A stretch of DNA of 64,000 nucleotides from Octopus vulgaris (Eukaryota): contig OX597823.1 in NCBI GenBank assembly GCA_951406725.2, forward strand, positions 109,058,001 to 109,122,000, given 5' to 3'. The notes below the pieces were generated by a model that had not been told where the DNA came from, did no database searches, and was given only the letters and a program-made list of their open reading frames with translations. The translations under genes were made by a program, and so were the position numbers. How positions within the stretch are numbered: the stretch's first letter is position 1; each line of letters begins with the position of its first letter. This document shows, piece by piece, positions 1 through 11,099 of the stretch.

Positions 1-145
1 CGCGCTAATACCCAGAAGGGCTCGATATGAATCACGACTATTAGATACCCGGTTTTGGTTAAACTGCACCGCAAAATGTGGGAGTAGTTAGGAATCTAAA
101 TCGTAGGAGACAGACAGCACACAACCTCTCTTTTATATATAAAGA
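1..145 (-). mobile_element. 5' end of a non-autonomous Helitron-type element (continues beyond the window edge)
   Basis: Minus strand reads A|TCTTTATATATAAAAGAGAGGTTGTGTGCTGTCTGTCT. This is a 5'-TC terminus after an A, followed by TATATATAAAA and a GT/GTCT microsatellite seed, like the element at 4412-4761. Confidence 0.5.
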
Positions 146-243
146 TATATATATATATATAACCAAAACCTGCATTATGTGTTTCGCACATATAATATAT
201 CTATGTCCTAAGTTCCATTTTTTAACATCTGAACACATACACA

Positions 244-247
<4 letters not shown>

Positions 248-292
<45 letters not shown>

Positions 293-328
293 TATATAGA
301 TATAAGTATATAAATACCTATCTGTCTG

Positions 329-397
<69 letters not shown>

Positions 398-408
398 ATA
401 TATATATA
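248..408. repeat. Compound microsatellite (CA)n-(TA)n-(ATCT)n
   Basis: Directly visible; representative of dozens of similar tracts in the window. Confidence 0.95.
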
Positions 409-1045
409 CAGCAAATGAATTTCATGCATCAACTTTTTTAATTCTGATGTGCTGAGTTCGATACATGAATGAATTTTGCCTATATTATTGAATAATATAA
501 CAATAGTCATGAGATCGAATTTGAATGAAACAATTCCAGCAGGGTAATGTAATAAAAGGACTGTTCTCTTTATCTGTAATCACACACACACACACACGTA
601 CGCATGTGTGTGAGTGTTTTGCAGCTGTGTATATGAGTAATATATAACAAAACAGCAACAAACAAAGAACACAAGAAAAAGCTGAATATTTCAAATGTTT
701 TTCAGTTTCATTACATTTCTCTGTATATATTCATTAATTACATAACAAGAACAGAAACTATTTCTACACTCTCGACAAAAGAACGTAAGCCTAGAGGTGT
801 CAACATTTTATATAGACGATTAATGATAATAATAATAATGATAATAATGCATATAACAACAGTACAATTATAAAATATACACATATAACTTATATCACTC
901 AACTATGATGAATTCTCTGCTGACGTAGAACTCTGACTCGCTCTCTCTCACTTTCTGTATGTATATATATATATATATATAATTATATATTCATAGTTAT
1001 ATTTCTACATATCTACCTTTTTATCAACGTATTTCTCTATGTCTA

Positions 1046-1119
<74 letters not shown>

Positions 1120-1784
1120 TATTATTAAAATATGATTATATATATTCATAGTTATATTTCTACATATCTACCTTTTTATCGACTTAGTCTCTATATCTAT
1201 AAATGTAAGTATATATATATATGTGTGTGTGTGTGTCTGTGTGTATATATTTATATTCAAGGGTTCTTTAGTTTGCTTGGAGTGTTGGAGAGTATGCAAA
1301 TGAGTAAATGATATAAATGTTTGAAAACCTTTGAGTAATGCATTTGGAAATCCTGGCAAAATATATAAAATGGTGACGATAAATGAAAAGAAAGAGATTG
1401 CATTACCGTACATAGGTCGCTTGATAATCATAATACTTCGGGAAAAACTGTCTTTTTCAAATAGTCGCATGGAAGTAACGTAAGAGTTTGTGTCATATGT
1501 GTTGTAAGAAACAACTTTTATAGAATGCTATTCTATAGTTGTTATTTAATATATATTATATGAGTAACAACAAGTCATGTGGTTTCCCTAGGAAAGCAAT
1601 AGTAAGTATTATCGCTTGATAAATTAATTCTGTCACCTACAGATTGGTATGGAAACTGCTCAAATGACTTACATTTTTCTAAACTTACCTTGAAATTCAG
1701 CCAACGTCTAGCGACTTTTCCCATCACTCCTTCACGTACCAGCACTAACTAAACATACTACAGCACTCACTGTTGCTGCTGTTG

Positions 1785-1980
1785 TTGTTGTTAAGCAACA
1801 AAACGGATAAGGGTGATTAGGTGATGGTCTAGGGCTTTGGGGCGGGAGACCCCAGACCTTGGAAAAAAAAACTTTGGTTGTCTTGTTGTAGTCGAGGGCT
1901 CTTCGTTAATGCCCGACACCACTGGGAGGTGGCCCTGGAAGTCGCTGGAAATGGAGATCTCGGGTCCAAATTCTTGAACG
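1785..1980 (-). mobile_element. Retroposed 3' fragment with (AAC)n tail
   Basis: GC-richer insert flanked by a 15-bp direct repeat CTGTTGCTGCTGTTG (1770-1784 and 1981-1995), with a (GTT)n run at its left end. Confidence 0.45.
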
Positions 1981-2181
1981 CTGTTGCTGCTGTTGCCTTA
2001 CCCCACCACTTGCTACTACAGGTACAGTTGTCACCTGTAACTATAAATATCTAAACCCCACAATAGCTTTAGTCCTGCCAATAAAATTACATTTCTCAGA
2101 AGTATTCCTTTATTTTCTTACTTTTTATTTTCAATGAGAAAATATTTTCGAAATATTATAGGATTATGAAAGTGACTATGT

Positions 2182-2511
2182 CAGGGATCCTTAACCATTT
2201 TTTACCTATGGACCCTTTTTATTCCTATTTTACTTGGATGAACCCCCATAGCCATTCCACTTTTTAAAAATCCTACTGTTTTTCATAGCTAAATGTTATT
2301 AGAACTTGTATAAAAATTTTAATATTTTATGTATTGTCGATGTATAACAAATTTTATTCCACATAAACTTTACTGGTCTAAAGCACGATTTTTTCATGGC
2401 CCCTGAAAATTTACTGTGGACACCCAATTTATTTTATTGCACCCATAGACCCCCAAAAACTTTATATGGATTCCCAGGGTCCATATAGACGACCACGCTT
2501 GAGAACCCCTG
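2182..2511. mobile_element. hAT-type MITE
   Basis: Imperfect TIRs CAGGGATCCTTAAC...CTTGAGAACCCCTG and an exact 8-bp TSD GACTATGT (2174-2181, 2512-2519). Confidence 0.8.
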
Positions 2512-2679
2512 GACTATGTAAAGGTAATACAATATCTTTTCTCCTTGCTTACACGTATCGACATCTAATAAATTTTGCCAATTTTCAATGTTTTTTCCAG
2601 CATTTATAGCACACACGCACATACATATCTATATGCATACGATAGGTTGTGGTTCTTGATGGCTATACTGCACGATCAT

Positions 2680-2900
2680 ACTATCAGACACTGGCCATGG
2701 CACCACGTTTTGTATGGAACTGATGCTCGACGCTCGTCAGGTAAGCACGTTATTGATCTAAGTGTAACATGTGGCTGCTGCAGAAACTCTACGCATAAAA
2801 CCTCTTGGAAAAGTAAAACATTCAAAATAAATTCAGAGCTCATCTGGAAGAGCAGCTTAGTCCCCGATATGTCTGAATTCAAGAACTGAACTTTTCGGAT
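2680..2900 (-). pseudogene. Possible Tc1-like transposase remnant
   Basis: Degenerate minus-strand translation resembles the 'W..V.FSDE' and 'K.HGG..LMVW.C' motifs; many stops. Confidence 0.25.
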
Positions 2901-3099
2901 AATGTCCATACGTGGCCAAATATTTGTTAGGTTCTTGGTCCCCCACGAGACTACAGTCAGAACTTGCTTTCTATATTGTGTCCACGCACAAGCTTTTTGT
3001 GTCTTTATACCTTTTACTTATATTTCTTATATATTTTATTTATATTTTTTATACATATCTTTCTTACATATTTATAGAGATATTGGTTTATAAGTTTAT

Positions 3100-3580
3100 T
3101 GCTTATATATTTTTTACACATAATTTTTCTGTATCCTATCTTCCACCCTGCATTTTCCCCTGTGCGTATATAGATGTGTATATGGAATCTTTTGTGCGTG
3201 CGTGTGAATGTGTGCGTGTGTGCGGGTATATGCGTATATAGATGTGTGCGTGTGTGCGTGCATGCGAGTATGTGCGTATATAGACGTGTTTTACTCAGAG
3301 TTTTTACACATTTTCCTGTATTTTTGCCTTTAGCCCTGCTTTTTCTTGTGCATGTGCGCATATAGACGTATGTATGACCTTTTTTGTACGTGTGTGTGTG
3401 TGCGTATATAGACGTGTGCGGGTATGTGCGTATATAGGCGTGTGTGTGTGCGTGCATACGGGTATGTGCGTATATAGACGTGGTTTACTCTTTCTATACT
3501 CCCTTATACCTTTTTCTGTTTGTTACCCTTAGCCCTGTTTTTTTTGTGCTTGTGCGTATATAGACGTGTTCATGAACATT
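3100..3580. repeat. Degenerate minisatellite built on TGTGCGTATATAGACGTG
   Basis: Unit recurs about 8 times; the block 3270-3370 is duplicated at about 3465-3570. Confidence 0.7.
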
Positions 3581-3729
3581 TATGGCACGCGTGTGTGTGT
3601 GTGTGTGGGAGTTGTATGTATATACATATACTTTTGGCGAATGGTGCGGGTGAGGATGTGTACATTTTCAAGTGAGGGTAGCTGAATGTATACTTTTAGG
3701 CGCACGCATGTGTGTGTGTGGGCGCGACT

Positions 3730-4070
3730 GTGTAGGTATGAACATGCGCGCTTACGCGAATACAATGAACCTTTTTACCCCCTTACTTTTACTCCCTCCC
3801 CTGACTTAGCAATCATTCGAATAGCTCTTTTGTCTTAATAACGGTCAATCACACAGTAATTTCCCTTCGTATAACGGTCATTTTTAATGGCATTTTTCCG
3901 ATGGTCGGATAACTGAAGAGATGGCGGCGTGGATTTCCACCTCAGCATCCGAAACTCGGAGTTTTATCATGGCTAGCGAGTAATTGTCACATATTACATT
4001 TACAGATAAATTCCTCTATTTACATAATACCAAGGTCTCTTCCATTCTTTCGTTATCTTACTATTTTTAT

Positions 4071-4072
<2 letters not shown>
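3730..4072 (+). mobile_element. Short non-coding repeat family A (Penelope pLTR/retrozyme-like), copy 1
   Basis: Aligns by eye in reverse with 42975-43245; contains a hammerhead motif; ends at a (TA)n tract. Confidence 0.7.
3908..3968 (+). ncRNA. Type I hammerhead ribozyme motif
   Basis: Stem I GATAA/TTATC; core CTGAAGA; stem II GATG...CATC; C-GAAA; stem III ACTC-G-GAGT; predicted cleavage triplet GUU at 3961-3963. Confidence 0.75.
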
Positions 4073-4104
<32 letters not shown>

Positions 4105-4106
<2 letters not shown>

Positions 4107-4377
4107 TTCCTTCTTTGATATAGCTCTCTTGTTTTTAAAAACATTTTCCTCCATTTTTACCACTTCCGTCTTTTTAGTATGTGAACTCGTGAATACCACC
4201 GGCGATTTTTTTCCTCTGTTCCCCCGTCTCGGGATCTTTCCTTCTTCCATGTTTCCGACGAAGAGCTCCGCTCGAAACGTCAAACCCTCCTTCTTCCCTT
4301 CTTTCCTGAGCGTCCAATAATACTTTATTTGTTCCATATCCTTGCGTTGTTGTCTTTTTGTTTTCTTGTTTGGATTA

Positions 4378-4382
<5 letters not shown>
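4105..4382 (+). mobile_element. Short repeat family C (Penelope pLTR-like), copy 1
   Basis: Embedded between (TA)n tracts; homologous to 63570-63772; carries a minimal hammerhead-like motif. Confidence 0.65.
4251..4285 (+). ncRNA. Minimal type I hammerhead-like motif (U4C core variant)
   Basis: GTTT-CCGACGA-A-GAGC(TCC)GCTC-GAAA-CGT-C-AAAC: 4-bp stem I, 4-bp stem II, palindromic ACGT stem III and a GUC triplet. Confidence 0.6.
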
Positions 4383-4411
<29 letters not shown>

Positions 4412-4412
<1 letters not shown>

Positions 4413-4749
4413 TAGCAATATTGCCAGTTTTTATATCTTGATTTTTTTATTTTTCATGCAATTTACGCATGCTTGCACGCGTGGTGAACACATTTCACGT
4501 CAAACAGCTGACTGAGTAAAGTTCACTATTCAATGCATGGGATAAGGCCTAAACAAACACATTATCGATTTTTGCATTTGCGAGAAGAATTTCGGAACAG
4601 AAATAGCGCAGTTCAATTTTCATTCACCTAAACTTTAAGTGACCCATTTTTGGTGGTTCTAAGATTTGTTGGCTAGGAGAAGATGTGCCGGGAAGTTAAA
4701 CACACAGACACACACACAGATACCACACACAGACACACAAGTTGAGTTT

Positions 4750-4761
<12 letters not shown>
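4412..4761 (-). mobile_element. Non-autonomous Helitron
   Basis: Minus strand starts T(T)TATATATATAAAACTCAAC plus a (GT)-rich seed and ends ...CAATATTGCTAG|T; no TSD; inserted in (TA)n. Confidence 0.65.
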
Positions 4762-4817
<56 letters not shown>

Positions 4818-6003
4818 CTCTCGTTGACACTCCTTTATATCTACTCTCCAATTTTATTTCTTTATTGCTCCCTTTATCAACCTCTACCTATTTACCTTCT
4901 TTCATAATGTTTTATCATTCTTTCGTCCCTCTCTGTATAATGTCTGTTTGCTTCGACATTCTGTAGCGCGGCATAAATCAGAATTCACCAAAGAGGTACG
5001 CGATTTGTGGTATATTATATATCTCAAAACATTTCTCAGTCTTTCTCCCCTTTCCATCTCGCTGTTCTCTCTGTTTGCACATACACACACTCACGCACAA
5101 ATATAGCTGTCTGACAATAGGCATAAGTATATATATAAATATCTGCGAGCGTATATATATTTGTGTGTGTGTGCGAGCGTTAATATAGTTTTTTGAAATA
5201 TGGAAAATGTACTATTTTATCTGGTCAAATACTGTGTGTTTGAAAACAAGCAGGTGATGCCGATCTATGAAACTCATTGTTATGCCATTTCACCAGGTAA
5301 ATATATGTAAACTGTATTCAGTGTTTGTATTGTTCTGTCAAAATGGTTTCGTATATTTCTTCATGTATACACGTGCATGTTGAAATTCCTTTATAGTCTT
5401 GTGTACATATTTAAGTGGAGTTTTGTTACTCGTAACTAATTAATCAGAACACACACAAATGTATGCATATTTATGTTTATCTATAATATACACAGATACA
5501 CACACACTTGTTAAAATACAGCTAAATACTGGGAATCCTAGTTATAAAAGAAATAGGAAAACAAACGCTTTTTATGATTTATGTGAGAAGACTCTTCACG
5601 GACCATTTCGTTGTTTGGTAACTGCTCCTAAGGCAAAACGTATTCCCCCTCCTCCCACAACACAGAATATTGGGTAAACCGCTTTATAAAACATCCAGAA
5701 ATTAAACACCGTTATGGGTAGCCCAGTTTGTATACCTGTGCTTTCGGTGGCTCTTCTTTAATTACACAATATACAATTTAGGCATAAAACAGAGAGAAAC
5801 AGTAACCCTGAAATAAAAATAAGCATATATATTGGAAGCTAGCTCTGAGAAAAATTGGAACATCAAAAATATTCCTTCCAAAATTTGCAACTGGAAAGTT
5901 TCACAGACACCGCTCTCCTTTCCTTATCAACAACATAGTTTCTAAAGGTGTGAGAAATTACACTATGGGGCTGGTAGATAGCCTGATATATATGTGTCTT
6001 CAC

Positions 6004-6240
6004 AAGGCGGCGAGCTGGCACAAACGTCAGCACGCCGGGCGAAATGCGTAGCTGTATTTCGTCTGCCGTTACGTTCTGAGTTCAAATCCCGCTGAGGTTG
6101 AATATGCCTTTCATCCTTTCGGGGTCGATAAATTAAGTACCAGTTACGCACTGGGGTCGATGTAATCGACTTAATCCGTTTGTCTGTCCTTGTTTGTCCC
6201 CCCCCTGCGTTTAGCCCCTTGTGGGTAGTAAAGAAATATA
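6004..6240 (+). mobile_element. tRNA-derived SINE family 1 (Meta-domain-like core)
   Basis: A-box-like TGGCACAAACGTCAG, B-box GAGTTCAAATCC, core GCCTTTCATCCTTTCGGGGTCGATAAATTAAGTACCAG; many copies in the window. Confidence 0.9.
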
Positions 6241-6497
6241 TATTTGTGTTTTCATGTCTCTTTATTAATCAAACAATACTCATTTTATGCATCACACAGC
6301 ATGAATGAATAAAAGTAAAATATATTGGAATGTATCGCTGTACGACTAAATGTTCTCTGGAAAGCAGACATCAAACCATGAATCAGTCCGTTAAGGAGAC
6401 ACCTTCATTACTGTTTCCACCGATAAAAGCATAGAAAGAATGTGCTTCCATTTCTATTTGTCTCATAGCTAGAATTCGTAATATTTACATTCTTTAC

Positions 6498-6712
6498 AGC
6501 GGCGAGCTGGCAGAATCGATAGCGCGCCGGGCAAAATGCTTAGCGGCATATAATCTGTCTTTGTGTTCTGAGTTCCAATTCGGTCCAAATTGACTTTGAC
6601 CTTCATCCTTCTGGAATCGATAAAATAAGAAATAGTTAAGCACTGGGGTCGATGTAATCAACTTGCCCCTTCCTCGGAATTGCTGGCTTTGTGCCAAAAT
6701 ATGAAAGCAATA
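6498..6712 (+). mobile_element. SINE family 1, older subfamily with alternative 3' end
   Basis: Same head and core, diverged; 3' end TTGCTGGCTTTGTGCCAAAATATGAAA. Confidence 0.8.
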
Positions 6713-7049
6713 TTTGCATTCTTTCAGTACTTCTTATTTACGCTATGATGTTCAAATACATGTATTGTTGATTTAATGAGGCGCAGTAAAAAAGGCAGAA
6801 TTAAGCAATTCACATAAATGAATATTAGGTAGTACTGATTGTGAGGGGAAACTAGGTACATTTTGTGTAAGGTGCGAACAACAAACAAGGTAACAGCTTT
6901 GAAGAAAACGCTTCAAAAAGTTTTCATGCGATATTTCAAGTATTATGCTGAAATTCCTATTTCTCGCACAAATTTTTTTTTAATATTCTTATTTGAGTTC
7001 TGTTGCGCATTACGCGCGCAGGCACACAGACACACATACTTATTTACAT

Positions 7050-7440
7050 AATATGTTATAGAAAATCCGATGCAAAGAAGACAAGAACGGGTCATTCGAA
7101 GTGTTCTATCTTCAGTCAAAAACCAGATTATCCTCGTAATTTCAGCTGATTATTCTCGAGACTGCTCCAATCTGGCCAGCCCCAAGGAAAAACTAAGCTA
7201 AGAGCATTAGATTCCTTGGAAGAAAGCAGCGAATCTATCCATAAACAAGGGCGGCAAAAACGGACAATGCTACACAAATATAAATACAAAAAAATGCAAT
7301 AAAAATAATAACAGGACATAACAACAAGTGTCTTTCGACTAAGGATGAACTGAATTAAAATGGCGCGTGTGGAAATGAAGCCTTACGGCAGAAATACAAA
7401 AGTTTCACAAACGCAGGAAAGAATATCGATGTTTCATATG
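7050..7440. mobile_element. Interspersed repeat family B, copy 1
   Basis: Collinear with 19030-19335 and 36790-37330 (CGGGTCATTCG...AAACTAAGCTAAGAG..TTAGATTCCTTGGA...GGACATAACAACAGGTGTCTTTCGACT). Confidence 0.8.
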
Positions 7441-7511
7441 TTGCGTGCGTGCCTACGTGTATATGTGTATGTATATCCGGTGTAATGTTAACAGTTCAGA
7501 TATTTAAAAGG

Positions 7512-7567
<56 letters not shown>

Positions 7568-7593
7568 GTATATATGTATGTATATATATATAG

Positions 7594-7676
<83 letters not shown>

Positions 7677-7677
7677 G

Positions 7678-7734
<57 letters not shown>

Positions 7735-8555
7735 GCCTATATATATATATTATATATGTGTGTGTCTGTGTGTGTGTATTTATATATTTATATATATAGA
7801 TATGTGTATGTATATATTGTGTATTTATATAAAAACGAACAATATGAGCGGCAGAAGAGGGAGGAACATGAAAAAAGAAACGAGAAATAGAAAAGAAAAA
7901 TATTGCCTCAACCACCAGCTGCAACAGCATCACGAGACACAGCGTCGGTAATGACATCACTGAAACAAGAACATTTAATAATCAAGAATTATAATGATGA
8001 ATGCAGCAAGAAAGATACAAGAAGCACAACAGTAAGGTAACACACGCCAAAGGACATTCACCATCACCATCACCACCACAAACACCACCACCTCCACCTC
8101 ATCCTTCTCCTCTTCCTCCTCCTCCTCCTCGATTTCCAAGCTGAACGTCTCAACCACTATAGATAAACCTACGGCAAGTAAACAATAAAAATACCATCAC
8201 TACAACCAATAAAGAAAAAAAATCATTAGCAAGGAAAACAACAAATATAGTAACATTAATATAAAAAAGACGACGATCGTAGCAACATCAACACCAGCGA
8301 TGATCATAAGAGCAACAACGAAAAATCTTAAAAACGAAAATAGTCAATCTCCCAGGGGCCGAATGGATGCGTTCTTGTGACATGCAGCGTTGTTGTTACT
8401 TGCCATTTGGTGCCAAAGCCAACCTCACCAAATATTTTCCTTAATACCGTTTCTTTTCATTCCAACCACCCAATATTTCTCAACCCCATTATAACCACCC
8501 CTCAAGTTATTTCCACCACCAAATAGATTTGATGTTGTCAGGTTCGACACTTATT

Positions 8556-8693
8556 CTTTTCTACTCTAGGCACAAGGCCTGAAATTTTGGGGGAGGGGGC
8601 CAATCGATTAGATCGACCACAGTACGCAACTGGTATTTAATTTATAGACCCCGAAAGGATGAAAGCCAAAGTCGACCTCAGCGGAATTTGAGA
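8556..8693 (-). mobile_element. 5'-truncated SINE family 1
   Basis: Reverse-complement core; 13-bp TSD TTCGACACTTATT (8543-8555, 8694-8706). Confidence 0.85.
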
Positions 8694-8978
8694 TTCGACA
8701 CTTATTACTCTACATTTTTATTCAAGAGCTCGCTTCATTAGGAGAAGACAAAATGACTTATAGAATTTCGTTGTGTTTCTTACATTCATAGTTCGAATCC
8801 TATCGAGTTCAATTTTGTATTTCATCAATCCGGGCTTGATTGGTACTTACTCCCTGTGATTATGTTCAGCATAACATAAGGGCCAACACATTGTTATCGG
8901 CCCAAACCTGTTATAAGGATATAACGGACAAAACACACACACACATATACAGTAATACATGCACGTATATATATGTGT

Positions 8979-9020
<42 letters not shown>

Positions 9021-9026
9021 ATAATG

Positions 9027-9082
<56 letters not shown>

Positions 9083-9116
9083 AATATTAGGGAGCATAAC
9101 TCCAAACTTACTCCTA

Positions 9117-9168
<52 letters not shown>

Positions 9169-9179
9169 CTGTGTGTAGT

Positions 9180-9300
9180 GAAGGAGCATGACTCAGTGGT
9201 TAGAGCGTCGAGCTTACGATCGTGAGGTTGTGAGTTCGAATACCGGACCGGGCTGCGTGTTGTGTTCTTGAGCAAGACACTTTATTTCACGTTGCTTCAG
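9180..9300 (+). mobile_element. tRNA-derived SINE family 3 (5' part)
   Basis: A-box TGACTCAGTGGTTAGAGC, B-box GAGTTCGAATACC, core TTGAGCAAGACACTTTATTTCAC; similar to 25179, 57282 and 61838. Confidence 0.85.
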
Positions 9301-9404
9301 CTTTGAAATAGAGGTACTACTCACTTTTGCCAGCTGAGTGGACTGGAGCAACGTGAAATAAAGTGTCTTGCTCAAGGACAACGCGTCGCCGGGAATCGAA
9401 CTCA
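9301..9404 (-). mobile_element. SINE family 3 fragment, inverted
   Basis: Reverse complement of the B-box and core, abutting the plus-strand copy. Confidence 0.8.
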
Positions 9405-9472
9405 TGTCCTTTACATTACAAAATGTATTTCATGACAAAATTATTTTAGCATTTTCTACCTTTTCTTTTCGT

Positions 9473-9528
<56 letters not shown>

Positions 9529-9571
9529 TATATACATATATATGTATATATATATATACATATATATATAC

Positions 9572-9604
<33 letters not shown>

Positions 9605-9647
9605 CATATATATGTATATATATATATATATATATACATATATATAT

Positions 9648-9682
<35 letters not shown>

Positions 9683-10351
9683 CATATATATATACATATA
9701 TATGTATATTTATATACATACATCTATATAAATATGTGTGTGTATATCTATGTATCTATAAACGTCAATATATAGGTATTTACATATGCATATGTATATA
9801 CACATATATAAATATATGTATGTGCGAGTGTTTGTGAAAGAGTGCGAATTAATTAAAAGAGTACAAACGTAGAAATGTAATAATCTGCTAAAATTGCAAA
9901 GCTGTTGTAGAAATTCCAGACATAAAGTGTTAACTGTCTGTATGCTGTGATATTTAAAGAAGGAAATATATTGATGACTGCTCAAGTATTTAAGACAACC
10001 GTTAATCTTTACTTTAATCTACTTTTTAAGACACAACCTCATTTGCAGTTTATTCTATAGCTTTAGGTAAAAACAAATTGTAATATCTGTATTGAGTCTT
10101 TAACATAATCGGCCTTTAGATTCATGTTTCCACTAAAACAGTATTTTCATTATATTATAAGCCAGGTGAGCCTTGATTGAGAAGACTTACAATAAAGGTT
10201 ATTCAAGTTGTGAGTTTGCTATCTTCTTTATTTTTCTAAGAATACATTATGTAATGTTCTGTTGTGTCTGGGGAGAGTCATTTTCTTTTTGTACCTTATA
10301 ATGTAACACACTCACCGGTAACATTTCCACTTATTTCTTATTTTTATTTTC

Positions 10352-10388
10352 CTAAAATTTTCGTTGCGTCTTGCAACCTTTTCAATAG
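10352..10388 (-). ncRNA. Minimal hammerhead-like motif with U3-A8 core, within a short repeat (about 10260-10396)
   Basis: Minus strand CTA-TTGAAAA-G-GTTGC(AAGAC)GCAAC-GAAA-ATT-T-TAG. Confidence 0.4.
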
Positions 10389-11099
10389 TCTTGACTCTGT
10401 CTGTTATTTACACTGCGTTCCTTTTTGTTTGTTTGTGCGCATGTGTGTGGGTCAGTGTGTGTGTGTGTGTGCCTATGCATGAATGCGTGTACGTATGTAT
10501 GTGTATATGTATGTATGTATGTATGTATGTGTATGTATGTATGTATGTGTGTGTGTGTGCATCTGTATGTATGTATCCTGTATATTCATGTGCTTGCATG
10601 TCCATGTTTGTGTATTTTATATGTATGTGTGTGTGTGTGAGCGTGTGTTTGTATAAGTATGCACCTCTGTCTCCTTGTGTGTGCATGTCTGTGTGAGTGT
10701 GTGTGTGTTGTGCAACTATGTACCATTTTGTGTGAATGGATGTGCATCTCTATATGTGTGGATCCGTGTCCCCATATGTGTCCTAGTGTGGAGCAAAGTG
10801 TGTGTGTGTATACATGGTCATGTGTGTCAGTCTCCATTTGCGTATGTGTGCTTGTCTATTCTTGTAACCTATGTACCTATCCGTCTGTATGTTGATCTGT
10901 TTATTTTCATATCCATATGCTTAAATACAAAAAAATAGATGTGCATACACACACTCACACACACACACACATACACACATCTATCTACATAAATCTACAT
11001 AACAGTTCACTAACTATTCACTCTACCTGTGTAAACTGTGGGTATGGAGGTATTATATCTACTATGTATATTTTCTATTTAGTGTTGGGGAGGTTTCAT

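Noticed and set aside
2935-2970. CCCACGA-GACTACAGTC-AGAAC hammerhead-like relic
   Set aside because: Several core mismatches; cannot be supported from one copy.
3100-3580. Regularly recurring 18-mer as a CRISPR-like array
   Set aside because: Eukaryotic context; the spacers are themselves (TG)n-derived and irregular; no cas genes.
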